Source: Laetmonice hystrix (taxonomy: Eukaryota). From it: a DNA stretch of 64,000 nt. Below the pieces are notes generated by a model that saw only the letters and a program-made list of their open reading frames with translations, made no database searches and was not told where the DNA came from. Position 1 is the first letter of the stretch. The number at the start of each line of letters is the position of its first letter. Shown piece after piece: positions 41,301 to 54,824 of this stretch. The stretch is taken from assembly GCA_965235115.1 (NCBI GenBank), contig OZ249436.1:48920001-48984000 (forward strand). The letters are read 5' to 3'. A program made the translations under genes and the position numbers.

Positions 41301-44300
41301 GGCGTACTTGCACTCAGCGACCCTGAGTTGCAGATCACACTGTTGGTGCCGTCTGTCAAACACTGCGCCCGCCACACACGATAGGCGGCGCCACTTTCCC
41401 GACGCGCATGCGTAGAACTTTGAGCAGTCTTTGGGGTCTCGAAATACACCGTCTGGCAACGGGCAGTGGAAGCTATCTGTGGAATCAAGAAAATGTAAAT
41501 GAACCCACGTGTAACACATAAACAATGTTTTCCATGCTTCATTGCCAGTTCAATTAAATGAATGGTGTTGATAATACATTCCAAAGTCTGGGCAACAAAC
41601 AGCCATACAATAAACTTGGCTAGCTTGGATTCTGATAGTTAAAATAGAAGCTCTTTCTTTGGAACAAATTGAGGCCATGACTTTTCCCACATTGAAAAAA
41701 ACCGATCTTGTATGGAAGTCTTATGCACTGAAAATTAAACTGAGGTCCAAGTTGAATACTGTAGGCAGGTCTAGTTAATTGAAGTATCAATGTAATCCAT
41801 GCTGTCTACTCCCTGAATTATCCCGAGTGAATGTGTTTACCAGAGTGCCCATCATTATGGCCAGCAGGCATGCGCAGACGGCGCAGTTGCCTTGGGCGCT
41901 GGTCGTCTGCTGCAGAGACTTTGGGGCGTTCCAGCAGGGGGCGCCCTAACGGTCGGTCTGACTGTCTGATTGCTGTAACAGGTGGTGACCAAAACGTCAA
42001 TCACATGACAAAAATTAGATCGGTATCATTCTATGTGCGTCCGCTTATACGTTAATTAGGTATGATATGGCGCCATCCCGTCTGGAGCAAAACGTTTTTT
42101 ATATAGGAAACATGGGGTCCCTCCTCGGTCCTATAACCATCTTGTAAGGTGATGTCACAGCAATACAGCCAACAAAACGACGAGGTCAAAACCAAAGTGA
42201 AGAAGCTGCTCAATTACGACAATCAGGCTGTATCTCTAGAGATCATGCAAAAGTGCAATTAAATGGTGCTTACTAAGTGACTGGTCCTCTGACTGCGGAC
42301 ATCCGGACTCCCGACTGGTTGGAGTTTCACAGTAACCTTTGTCAAGGTTAAAGAGAAGCTCCGCCGCACACCGGAACTGGTACTCGGTGCCATCCGCCGA
42401 ACATATGTAGAAGATCCGGCAATCATGGGGGTCTGCCCTGTAACCATGGGGCTGACACTCTGAAATATTAGCCAGAATCTAATGGGATTTAGACAGTACC
42501 AGTGAAACAGGTAAAAATCATGACAGGTAAAAAATATCATGCTTCCGCTCAATGTAAAGGTTACGTTGGAAGACCGTCGAATCTCGGTTCAAATTCTTCC
42601 ATTTTTAAAGTCTTTCTCAACCCGCATATCGAGGAACGTTAAAATCCTTCAGTTTTTTTGTAAAAATTAATCATAACCAAAGTCAATCACATTAAGACGA
42701 GTGTTATGGCCTAGTAATGTCTCGGTTAACCTTCAGCCTTTCTGTCGCCACAACTCACCGGTGTACGGGTCGGATTGTGAGAGAGAGGACACGAGAATAG
42801 GTGCGCCGTTCTCCTCCATCCTCAAGTTCTGGACCCACAGAGGAACCGCCGGCTGCCGGGTTTGTCTGTAAAATGTCGCCGGTTGTTCTCGCGGGTCGTC
42901 AGCCAACAACACTTCTGGAGTAAACGTTCCAACCTCCGGGCCCTTTCGGGCGTCCTCCCGGTGCATGGCCATCGTGGCCCTGGCAAGATGGGCCGTGTTA
43001 ATGTCATGAATGGTTTCTTTTGGCGGGGGGCCCAGGGGCGGTACCGTCACCTCGGTCTCCCAGGCGGCGGCGGGTAATTTGGGGTCAGAGTCAAGGGGTT
43101 CCGTGGAACTTTGAAGGACTCGCGGATTGACAAACTCTTTTCGCGACCCGCCGGCACAGCCTTGCACCATGTAGGGCCAGTCACAAATGCCGGTGAATTC
43201 GTTGAAGACGAGACCGCCATTGCAGGCCACATGGTACGGCAGACCGTTCGCACACTGGTAGAATTTGGTGCAGTCGTTAGGATCACGGAAGTACCCATCC
43301 CCAGGACAATCAAAAGGTTCTGAATCAAGTAATGACAATTTACAGTTATATGGGGCGGAAGGTATTCACAGTGCCATGGCGTGTAGAGGAGGGGGGGGGG
43401 CAACACCTCAGTCCAATGCCCTCACTGCATGGTGAGCAGGCTCATGTAGAGTAGTATTTTATTAGAGCGAATGCAGGGCCGGATCCAGGGAGGGGGTTGT
43501 GGGGGTTGTAACCCCCTTAGACATCCCCCCCCCCAAAAAAAAAGGAAGAAAAAAGAAAAGAAAAGGAAACAAAGGTGTCAAATGTTCGTCCTCCAGCCCA
43601 GGAACCACAGTGTGAATCTAGAATCTAAAACGATAAGTAGCCTAACGTTATATATTTCATAAAATAATAATAATTTCGGACTTGACGACTGCAACCCCCC
43701 CCCCCCCCTTGAAAAAATCCTGGATCCGGCCCTGGAATGGGAGGTCAAAGATTAAGTGCAGAGTGACTTTTATTTCGGTTCTCGTAAGCCTTACTTTCCC
43801 TAGGTTGATTACGATTTCTCAAAGTTCTCTAACCATACCTGTTGGATACGTCGCTGTGCCAATGCGCCTTCTGCGAAGATCCTCTGAAATCGAACTGCCA
43901 CCGGACGAAAACAGCCCTGCTGACGTCGTAGTAGGAAGATACACTTTCCTGACAGTGGTTTCCATGGTTTCCACATCGTCAGATTTTAATGGCGGCTTGA
44001 TGGGGTCACTCGAAGGTCGCTGGAGATCGTTTATGTAGTTACTATCATACTGTCGGCCAGTCTGAGCACTGCTGCTGCTGATCATTTCCCGGTCGTCATA
44101 GCTACCTGGATTGTGTTTATTCGTATGGCGGCCATTCCCGTGATGCGTCTGTGAAGGTCGTATTGTTGGACCAGAGCCGGTGACTTCCGGTAACTCGACG
44201 CTCTGACGTAGATTGGCGTATCGCTTCGAGGTACTTTCCTTTGTAGACGACTCAGTGCTTACATCCCGTTGACCTGTCCTCTCTGTCGTTGATTTCCGGC

Positions 44301-45386
44301 AGTCGTCGATGATATCCGGGTAATCGCAGCTAGAACTTAGCTCATCGAACACCAAGCCGTCGGGACAACTAAAATAATGTTTCACGTTGTCAGCACAGCG
44401 GTAGAATTTGTTGCAGTCTTTGGCATCCCGATAGTACCCATCTTTATCACACACAAACGAGCCTGGAAATGAGCACGGGATAAAGGTACAAAGAGGTGTG
44501 GGAGAAATGTGAAAGAAATGTAGTAATCGCCATGAACTGTATTCAGTTTCAGAGCCAAGTCAGCATGGAAGACTCATGATGCGAACAACATTATCGCATT
44601 CATCAGTCAGTGGTAACGGTACGTCAGTGGCGACCGAAGATAAGGGTTCCTTTATATGGGGCATACAATAGACACAATGCGAACCACCTGATCTTGGCTT
44701 GAGAAAGCTCGGTTTGTAGCGGACAATGGTGGATGTACTATGGATAGGATTAGAATCAAAATGAGAACCAATTCCCAGATGGTCCTAAGGTGTTGGCTCT
44801 GCGTATACTCCGCCGCCACACACCCTCGCATATACGGAATTCCAAATCAAAGTATTTTGTTTTCATTATCAGTAGAAGCCATTTCCATATTAACGTAACC
44901 TTTAGGGACCAGGGGTAGTTTGCTAGCGGGTTCAGCCCCCTAAATAAAAACAAATTTTTAAGGGGTCTCGTGCGACATTAAAATGACCATGTCTTATTGA
45001 AAATTCTGTTTGGAAACAATATAGGCCCTTTCACTGCGAATGACGAACATCGTGGCTCCTCCTCCCTAAAGTCTATGCTTAAATCAAAATTGCACTAAGG
45101 AACAGAGATATATGTGCTGTATTTGAGTTTACTAATAAGAGCAAAATAACTGCCCTGTTGGGGACGGACGACGTACCGCCATTGTTTGGTTCCGTCATCC
45201 GGGTACTGACCCCAGCACATCGGGCCAGCGTGTTTGGGGAGACACAACTGTTGACATCTGGATCAAATACCGCCCCAGTACCACAGAAAAAGTGGTAGAG
45301 ACGACCCTCAGAGCACTGGTAGTAATACCGGCAGTCCACTGGGTCAGCCACTATCGTCTGGAAAGTACAGCTTTTGTACTTCTTGT
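35312..45386 (-). CDS. Ten CBM14/peritrophin-A chitin-binding domains, one per exon, separated by low-complexity linkers
   Basis: Six-cysteine CBM14 pattern (C..G...DP.DC..FY.C......C..GL.F......CD.P..V..C) in the exons starting at 45386, 44462, 43319, 42459, 41476, 40087, 38830, 37774, 37013 and 35529; nearly all flanking introns are phase 1. Confidence 0.88.
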
Positions 45387-48300
45387 CTGGAATATAATGT
45401 GAAAAGAAGTAAGAACGCTTCATAGATAATCATGTAAAATCAAGAGCGTCGTGTGTCCAGATATAGATAAAATACGTTATTACCTGCCTCTACTCAAGTT
45501 TACTTCTCCAAATTACTACACTGTATTCATTATATGTTATATTATATGTTAAACGCTTGTAACTACTCTATGATAAGTCCTTTTGTATTTACCGATGTGC
45601 CTTTTGTGTCTGTGATGTGAATCCGTTTCTATGTCTGAAATCTCCACGTAGTAGTCGTCTCCACCGTCTCGTGACGTATGTAGGACGTCAATCAGTCTTC
45701 TATAGGGCGATGTTGGCGCGCTTGACATTGTAGATGTAATTAGGTCACTGAATATTTGGGAGCCCTCAGCTTCAACATCAGATAGGGCACCGGAACTGTC
45801 CAGGGGTTCACTTTTCTTTGGTACAATCATGGAATTGAGTGTCACTGACAAATCTGAGGTCAGATTTGGTCGAGTTTGGTGGTATTCTGAGGAGGTATCA
45901 ATGTAGTCCAATCCAATATAGACCGTTTCCTCGAAAGGAAGATATCGCAGTTTTCTAAGAGATGCTGATGTTCTCTCTCCCGTGTCAGTCTTGAGCTGGT
46001 CTTGGTCATAGATAATGTCATCAGTAGACGGTTTGTGGATGCGATGGTTGACTGGGTGTAGGGCCATGCTACTGTCGAGCCTCACTGACATTCGTTTCCA
46101 AGCTTCACCTCCTTGACGCAAACCGTCGATTTGGTAATCCTGCACAATGTCATCAAGAACATGTGTATCACGTGGTTTCAAGTCCTCTTCTCTGTACTGG
46201 TTGTGGTCATGAAGAGAACCACCATGGAGATCCGAATGTATTTTCTGGTTGAAGCGGTCCCGAGTGGTAGCTACGCCCATTACATTGTCCGGGTCCGGAC
46301 CATTTTGATTGAGAGCGTTAGTGACGGCTGTCGTGAGAGGGAACGGTCCTTGTCCACAAATTCCCCGAAAGTCATCGAGATCAAGCGACCAGATTGCTAC
46401 GCCTCCAAGTCCAAGGTCTCTGACATACATGGCCTGAAAGGTGGGAAGACAGAATATTTTTGTTAGCAGAGCTAGCCTTGGCAGTATCTCTGCTAAAGTC
46501 CAACACAATCTTCCAGTCAAATAACGCGCACCCTGCCATATACAAAATCGACTTTTTATGCATAATCTGAAATCTAGCTCTATATATTCATTAATATTCT
46601 CATAATGAAAACCTACCCCGAAGAAATATTGAAAGCAGTATTGTTTGTTTGTTGTATTTAAGGTGACGTAAAGAAAGGAAAGGTCACAGATTGTGACCTT
46701 GTCTATGAAATTCAAACGTTCGGTACCTTGGCTCTAATACTTCTTGTGTCCTCATAGCCGACCAACTGGTTACCACGCATTGCAAACGGCATCTCACCTT
46801 CAGGATTCCAAAACTGGCTCCAGCCACGCCGGAGTAATGTACAAGCCTGCCCAGCACAAATAGAGTCACATAGAGTCACAAATAGAGCACAAATAGTGTC
46901 ACATGGGTAGGAGTCAGTGAGTGATTTCTTTAGGAGAGATAGAAAGACTCTATGCCCTCTTGGCACCATCATGCGTAAGCAAGGTCACTTTCAGAATGTC
47001 CGGAAAGAGGAAATTGTATAGCACCCTTACAGGTCAAAAAAGAACAGATTAAACTCTCTCGCGCTCTGACATTGGTTCAAAGGGATGAGTACGGAAGTCT
47101 GGGAGTAACATAATAAAGGTAAGTACAATGTCGATAATTATATCACAGCTATGTCGCACTATATGCCCCCCCCCCACCTTGACGTTTCAGGCGTCGCATG
47201 TAAAAAAGTTATACGTGACTTGCACTATGTGCCTGTTCTTCGGTCTTGTTGCCATTCTTGTCACCTATCAATATATCTCTTTTATAGAATTTTATAGTTG
47301 AAATGAAGATGATTAGATGATGGCAGACGTACCTCATAGTAAGCAAGCAGCCCAGGTTGACCAGTGAAGCGACCCTTGGGTCCGGCTCGTACTACCGACC
47401 CTCTGACGTTTACTTTCTTCCTATTCTCCAGCTGCAAGGTTCTGGCGAACGTTTCCATGCCCAGCACCAGTTTACGTCGAGGTACGTGTAGTAAGAGTTG
47501 AGAAATTGTCCGATTCTGTTAGACAAGATTAAAGATATCCCGACAATATTATCTATCGATGGTATATAGTTTGTTTTAATGGGTGTGGTCAATTCATCTC
47601 CAGTTGGAAGGGGTGAGATTTTGTATTGCATTATTCATGGCTGTCACTATCAGAGAGATACGAAAGAGACAGAACCCATTTCGACGTACCACATTGAGAG
47701 TCGACTGGGTCCCAAACTCATCAGCTCCAGCGAAGACTGGACTGGCAGGCATGGTGTACCATGCCCAGTTCCCATAACAACCATACATCATAGAGATAAC
47801 GTAATCGATGTATCTGTGAATAAAGGACGAATACATGATAAATACACCTAGTATTTGAAAAATCTGACGGCACTTGGCTATAATGGAAATGTTTAATCGT
47901 TAATTTGGAATTGTAAGGATGTGTTATATATTAATTATCCTGTGTGAACAAGTCGTAATTTTTTTTAGAAATCCTTCCTTTCCCCTCTGGAAGAATTTCA
48001 ATTATTCTTCAAAATCCTCCAACATCTGGTTCATATGCTTACTTTGAAATATCCCCAAGACACGCACTTCTATCTATCGCAAGCTTGGTGGATGTCAGAG
48101 CCGTCGTCAGCAGCAACCTCTGCGTCTTCAGCCGAATCTTTTTGGGGGAATTTCGGCTCGCTACATTGAAGGCCTCATACGTTTCCTTTTCGAAGAAATA
48201 TTAGTACATGTCCTATTATACGATAACATTAATCAACCTGTTCACAGTCTGGTTGTAAGTGATTGACGGAGGTGTCCTTCAGCCAGTATCTCACTGGGCT

Positions 48301-51236
48301 GTGACTGTTGGCGACAAATTGCGAACGGCATTCGCGAGGGAGTCTCCAAAAAGTACCAATTCAGTGTGATTCCAAGTGAAAATTGACGCTAATTCGCGTA
48401 TTTTCTCGCAATTTCTTATCTCGAACTAGTCGAGAGCTGTCGCAGCCCAGTGAGAATCCATCATTGACCATAGTAGAATAGATTGAAACATAAGACTATC
48501 TTCATAAAATCAGTTATTTTACAGAATCCTGAGAGCAGTGTCGGCCTACCTTGAGGAGTTGGCAAAAACGCTGAGCGTCCTCCTTTGGACTCTCCCCTTC
48601 TCCTGTGTCCTCCCACCCAATGTCAAGGCCATCCAAGTTATACTTGCGCAGAAGTGAAAGGGAACTCTGTATGAATGTTCGGCGTGACTGTTTGGTCTTC
48701 ACGACGGTTGAGAAGACATTTGGTTCGGTTTGACATCCACCGACTGACAGTAACACTTTGAGATTTGGGTTCTGACGCTTCAGGCTTCTTACCTGCTCGT
48801 AGATGCCTTTAATGAAAAAGTTGGATATGACTGTAGTTTCATTGACATCGGCAGCACCCATAACGTTTTGTTTGGTCACACAAATCTTTTATCTCCCCCC
48901 TCCGACAGGGAGTCCCCTCCTAAGAACACAGTTTTTGAGAATGTCAACAATAGGGAAATCGGTGCCATTTTACGTGACACCTCTTGCACACACGGCCTTG
49001 AGGGGGCATTTTAGTAAGGGGCAGACCATTTAATAGCTGGGGGGGGGTATGGTTTTTTCGTAAAAAAAAAGTTTGTTTGCCAAGTTTACCCAAAAAAATA
49101 GTTTGCTCTCAAATGTGTGTGAAAAAAATAGTTTGTTTAGCAATGTGTGTGAAAAAAAATAGATTGTTGACAGGAAGCAGATTTATAAAAAAAAATCTGC
49201 CCGAAACTGCTAAAAAATTAAAAGAAGACCAAAAATTTTCCTCGCTCCGCTCGGTCAGCAGTTTTATTTAGGCATACTCTATACAATACTGAGTAAAACA
49301 TATCAGTCTGAACAATTATGACATGCAATTGAATACTAGTATGTATAACTTGATCAATTGTTTCATGTAGACATTCGCTTGCACTACAAGATATTTGAAA
49401 GCCCACAAATCTGTGAAGACAATTAGAACTTCCAATTTGTTTCATAGTCTATTATAAAAGTACTGCATGGTTCAAAGCTGACTACAGTACAATCATATAT
49501 TCCTAAGGCTGTGGTAGAGATGTTATATGTAGAAACCGGCCTGTTGCCCCCCCCCCACCCCCCCCCCCACCCCCCACCCCCAGCTCAAAAGCTGGGAGGC
49601 AAGCATATAGTTCCCCTCCCCCCAGCTCCAAGGTGGCAGGAGATGGTCAGACCGTCGACAGAGGGCCTAGATTTTGTTCCCAGATGCCAGGAAAACGTGT
49701 ATTTGGCACTTTAATTTTCATTTTTTTTTCGGGGGAGGGCCCCCAGACCCCCGCTCGAGACTTCGCGCCTTCGACGTTCTTATCACCAGCATTTTAAAAC
49801 TTGGAACTTGGGACCTATGATTTGGTGCCCCCCCGCCCACCTGTGAATATCTTCCGGCGCCTATGTCTGTGGAACAGAAATTTACGGGATAACACAATGG
49901 TTGCTGCAGAATTATGTCCTGGAAAAAAAAGTTTGTCTCTGCCACCTCGGAAAAAAAATTGTTTGCTTTTGATTAGGGATAAAAAAAAATTGTTTGTTTT
50001 TTGTTGGAAGCAAAAAAAAAGTTTGGTCAGAAGGAAAAACCATACCCTCCCCCCCGCTATTAAATGGTCTGCCCCTAATGCTCTCCTTTTAGGTTGCCAA
50101 TGATAGGTAAATGATTATGGTTTGAGGTACGAAACATGTCATGGGATCAGTGGACTGTATAGGATTCCTGGGACCCCTAGTTAATACGAAACATGGCACG
50201 GGATCAGTGGACTGTATAGGATTCCTGGGACCCCTGGTTAATACGAAACATGTCATGGGATCAGTGGACTATATAGGATTCCTGGGATCCCAGGTTAATA
50301 CGAAACATGGCACGGGAATAGTGGACTCTATAGGATTCCTGGGACCTCTGGTTAAAGTGTCCCTGCCGATGTCTATACCCCTATACGTATCTTGATTCAT
50401 TTTGGGAAGAAGACATCACATGTGTATCTCCCCCCCCCCTCCCCCCATGGACCTCGCCGTACTAATAACAGAAGTTTAGTATTGAACGTTGCTTGGGAGA
50501 CTCTTACATTGGTCGTCACCATATGAAGTGGTTGCTGCGGTAAATAAAACTGGTATTTTACCTGTGTTTTTTTAGAAGACACGCCTAAAGGCATTCATAG
50601 TCTTATCTACGCGTCCTTCCGAAGCTATCAGGGTCGGGATGGAGCTCCCTCGAGGATAAATGTGATAGGGGCACCGCAAGCCAGGTATAGACCGATCAAT
50701 AGGTTAGGTACAGGAAATGTTCCGGGGGTCAAGTCAGCAAAATGTACTCGGAAAGACCTTTCGCTCCAAAGGAAAGGGTTTATAGGGACTGTCTGACCGT
50801 TGATGTGGTAGATGTCGTTTCTCACCTTTGGCCGACCTTGCGGGTACGTCGTTCCGTTCAGACGTGGGCACGTTGTTCCGTTCAGATGTGGGCACACCGT
50901 TCTGTTCAGATTGGATGAACGCGAGTCTGGCGTCGTTGATGGTGGTGAAGGTGTAAAAGACGTGGGTACAGAGGAAAGGGTTGACATTCTCCAGGGTAAA
51001 TCTACCACTGCCCTTACGGTACCGTGACCAATTGGTGAAATAACAGGCTGTGATTGGGTCCCTCCTCACATGGCGGCGCTCTGTGTATTAGTAAATATCA
51101 TGTTTAACGGATCTACATGTGAGCAAGGGATTCTACGCTGCAAATATTACAACGAAAATATATTGGGCTACCTACCTTCGCACCGAAGTACGGTAGAGGT
51201 TACAAGAATCAAAAGTAAACTGTATGTGGTTTTCAT
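35312..51236 (-). CDS. Secreted GH18 chitinase-like protein with ten C-terminal CBM14 (peritrophin-A) domains; ~20 exons, ~2,020 aa
   Basis: Spliced by hand with GT-AG sites and consistent phases: 51176-51236 (signal peptide), 50826-51080, 48550-48806, 48043-48185, 47690-47813, 47333-47515, 46727-46846, 45593-46433, 45177-45386, 43839-44462, 42759-43319, 42274-42459, 41841-41972, 41290-41476, 41092-41159 (inferred to restore phase, least certain), 39728-40087, 38054-38830, 37310-37774, 36720-37013, 35312-35529 (stop TGA). Confidence 0.85.
35537..36489. repeat. 39-bp tandem repeat, ~24 copies, in the last chitinase intron
   Basis: Unit AAAAGGTGACCAGTCTGAGTAATACAAACTAAATCATGT; abuts the acceptor of the final exon. 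Confidence 0.95.
40546..40707. mobile_element. Related MITE
   Basis: CAGCGGCGTATCC ... GATACGCCTCTG; flanks AGTCT/AGTGT. Confidence 0.6.
43474..43734. mobile_element. CAG...CTG MITE with 5-bp TSD
   Basis: TIRs CAGGGCCGGATCCAGG / CCTGGATCCGGCCCTG; TSD GAATG. Confidence 0.85.
46310..51080 (-). CDS. GH18 glycoside hydrolase domain exons of the chitinase-like gene
   Basis: CYFTNWSRYR, PFLCTHVFYTF, LKRQNPNLKVLLSVGG, LRKYNLDGLDIGWE, RLLLTTA, KLVLGM, GLLAYYE, VGYEDTRSIRAK and GLGGVAIWSLDLDDF occur in the canonical GH18 order. Confidence 0.92.
49018..50075. mobile_element. Non-autonomous PIF/Harbinger-like element in a chitinase intron
   Basis: ~40-bp TIRs GGGGCAGACCATTTAATAGC..GGGGGG.TATGGTTTTT and its reverse complement; TAA target-site duplication on both sides (49015-49017, 50076-50078). 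Confidence 0.85.
50128..50355. repeat. 57-bp tandem repeat, 4 copies
   Basis: Unit TACGAAACATGTCATGGGATCAGTGGACTGTATAGGATTCCTGGGACCCCTAGTTAA. Confidence 0.9.
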
Positions 51237-52738
51237 GGTGAGTGGTTCGAGATGGTAGCAGTACGGCGTAGATGAGACCTTATGGCGTGTGGAAGAGAGA
51301 TACAAAATCAAAGTGTCGCTTTCTTGCACCTGTGGCCATAATGTGCAGGGCAATATAGTAACATGTGGTCCTTAATGACCGCCCAACAAGTGTTCCGTAA
51401 TTACTACTGCTGACACTCGCTATTTGTCATTAGAATGGTCACCTGTCGCGTGTCTTCGTTAAACCTTCAGGCAGTAGACGTGGCGGTATAATCGCTCCAC
51501 TTTGAAGGTAAAAGTATGCGCATCCTTATTTACCGGAAAGTCTCCATATTTTCTATATAAATTTGTGAAGTTTTTCGATCTTCAAATATGACCTTATAAT
51601 AAAAGGGAGGTTAAACCAAATAATAAAAATTTATATGGAAAGTAGTGAAAAATATACGTCTTCCTTCTGATCTTCTGGTTGTTGGCCAACATATCACAGA
51701 TTATATTCCCCTTATAAACGTAGATTAGGTACATAATTATATCACAATTTTCTTGCGACTAATGACTAGAAAACCAAAACAAACTGTAACAGACTATCGT
51801 CTTTTTCAATTGGGACAAAGGAAAATGTCCGATTTCGCAAAAAATATACATGTGCCACAAATGAAGTCATTAGTGGCATCATTAGTATAGTATGGATGAC
51901 TACCAGTACTCTATATTTGATGACTCCAAGTAACAAATGTGTTTTAAGAATGCTGAAGTTAGGATTTTTGCCAGTTTACGCTCACTTTAAGGTTATTCAA
52001 TTTTTCGATATAGGGCGCAGGGATACCCCCTGTTCAATGTAATTCTGCATGTAAATGCTTCAAAAATATCGGTAAATATATGAATCGCGGACAGAGAAAC
52101 ATTAACCGTTTTAACTCCTCCAAACTTTGATGCCAGGTCCTGTAACCTCACAATTACTTTATGAGTACAGCCCCCCCCCCCCGCCATAATCCCTCCTTAA
52201 ATATTTAATACGTTCTTATAAAATGTACCAAACAGGCACGTTGGAACCTTGGTTCAACGGATTTTATGCAGGAGAACTCCCCTACTCCCTAGAGTCCCAT
52301 TAGAGACTCATCATCCTTGGTTTTCCTGCATCCCGCTAGAGGGCGACAGGTTCATCATCCTAATTCCCCCAGAATTCCGTTCTCTTAATCAGGTCACTCC
52401 CCCATCCCAGATTATCCCAAAAATATACCCAGCTCTCAACAATCTCCATTAATCTGAAATATTCGGGGGCCATCGGCTGTAGGCCTACTCAGGGCTACCA
52501 AAGACATCTGCGACTTACACGGTTTTGGATACTGGACGCTTCGGAGGCGATCGGCCTGACTTAAGCCGCTTTCACATGCATACGGTGTGCGGCGTGCGGC
52601 GTGCGGCATGCGGCATGGGCTGATGATGTGTCGGTCTCTCTTCACGGTGTGGGGGGCCGACCCGTTGGGGATATCATTCAGTATGATCTTGACTTGGTGT
52701 CGGAACTTCGTCCGTAGGTGTTGATCCTATGACTATGT

Positions 52739-53077
52739 ATCGGCGGCAACGACCTCTGCTCCCTGGGAGCTTCCCCCTACTCACCGCCAGTACTCTGCAT
52801 GACTCCGCCCGCCATTGCATCGATCACCTCGGTGCCGGGAGGGTGTATTTTGCACTGTTCCCACCCAGACAGGGTTCAATCTTGTAATCATTACCTTAAG
52901 GAAATACTTTCTACAGAATCCAACATCGTTTTCTGGAAGTTATTGGCCCTGTATTGTCAGGATCCTACGGTTCACTCTCCTGATGATGGTGTACACTTTA
53001 ATGACTGGGGTAACTACAAGTTATATAGGTCGCTTAGAGGGGCTGTACTCCAGGGGTTGGCCTTCCTCACCAAATAA
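52739..53077 (+). pseudogene. SGNH/GDSL hydrolase-like remnant of the YR retroelement
   Basis: IGGNDLC (block III) at 52739 and DDGVHFNDWGNYKLYRSLRGA (block V) near 52980-53045; frameshifted. Confidence 0.7.
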
Positions 53078-53352
53078 ACTAGGTACACCGGTCCATTAGC
53101 ATTGGGTTAGATGGTCATAGCTATATCCCTACCGTATATTCTATCCCGACATTGTGACGTCACGGGGCTCTAGATTCGCCTCGGGTGTTGCCTATTTCCT
53201 CAATATACTTTCTCCTATCTCAGCGTTAGAGGGCTGCATGTGCCTCTTCCACATTCCTTTTTGTTCATCATATTTTCATAGGTTTATGTAATTGTCTGTA
53301 TTACATTTGATACATGTTTCCACTCTCTGGTTTCATTGTTTACCATTATGTC

Positions 53353-54337
53353 ACGGCTGTACCAACGATATTTTGTACAAAAAATACTTGTACCAACGTT
53401 ACTTGTACCAACGACACCTTCCTGTGCTAAGGCCATTTCCGGGCCAGTACGCCCTACTTTGGCCTACCTGACCCGGCTGTACCAACGATATTTTGTACCA
53501 ACGATACTTGTACCAACGACACCTTCCTGTACCAACGCCATTTCCGGGTCAGTACGCCCTACTTTGGCCTACCTGACCCGGCTGTACCAACGATATTTTG
53601 TACCAACGATATTTGGTACCAACGATATTTGTACCAACGTTACTTGTACCAACGACACCTTCCTGTACCAACGCCATTTCCAGGTCAGTACGCCCTACTT
53701 TGGCCTACCTGACCCGGCTGTACCAACGATATTTTGTACCAACGATACTTGTACCAACGACACCTTCCTGTACTAACGCCATTTCCGGGTCAGTACGCCC
53801 TACTTTGGCCTATCTGACCCGGCTGTACCAACGATATTTTGTACCAACGATACTTGTACCAACGACACCTTCCTGTACCAACGCCATTTCCGGGTCAGTA
53901 CGCCCTATACTTTGGCCTACCTGACCCGGCTGTGTCCAACGATATTTTGTACCAACGATATTTTGTACCAACGATATTTGTACCAACGTTACTTGTACCA
54001 ACGACACCTTCCTGTGCCATTTCCGGGTCAGTACGCCCTACTTTGGCCTACCTGACCCGGCTGTACCAACGATATTTTGTACCAACGATATTTTGTACCA
54101 ACGATATTTGTACCAACGTTACTTGTACCAACGACACCTTCCTGCGCCATTTCCGGGTCAGTACGCGCTACTTTGGCCTACCTGACCCGGCTGTACCAAC
54201 GATATTTTGTACCAACGATATTTTGTACCAACGGTATTTGTACCAACGTTACTTGTACCAACGACACATTCCTGTACCAACGCCATTTCCGGGTCAGTAT
54301 GCCCTACTTTGGCCTACCTGACCCGGCTGTAGCAACG
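53353..54337. repeat. Composite tandem repeat (~105-145-bp units built on TGTACCAACG subunits)
   Basis: About 8 units, each with a variable number of 15-16-bp TTGTACCAACGATAT subrepeats plus a constant CCATTTCCGGGTCAGTACGCCCTACTTTGGCCTACCTGACCCGG block. Confidence 0.9.
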
Positions 54338-54824
54338 ATAGCTTATCCATGATACATGGTACCATATCCTTTTGGAGCCTCTTCCCTAATCATCCAATTT
54401 ACATGTATTCATATTTTCTTCAATGCTTAGACCGGTTACATACTTACGCCGTAGTTATCCTCTTATTGTTCCTTGTTTTACTTCGCCCACATCCCCAATT
54501 ATGTCTACTTGCCTCCCTTACATTTCCATGTTCCCACTTGCCAATCTTGTTTTGATTCCAACAGTCAGTCACAACATGACGCCTCAATGGTCACGTGGTG
54601 GTGGAGCGAGAGAAGCTGGACGTACAGGGTGCACGCGTCGTAAGGCCAGTTCGTCTAATGGGACAAATGCGGCACAACCCCTACCTTCGCCAACCCCCCC
54701 CCCCCCCCCCCCAGCCTGCCACACCGCCGCTGACCGTGCCACCCGCCCAGTCAACGACTCTCACCCAGCCTTCGACCCTCTGTCAGCCTTCTTGTAGTTC
54801 CACTGGGTCCTCACCCACCGCAGA

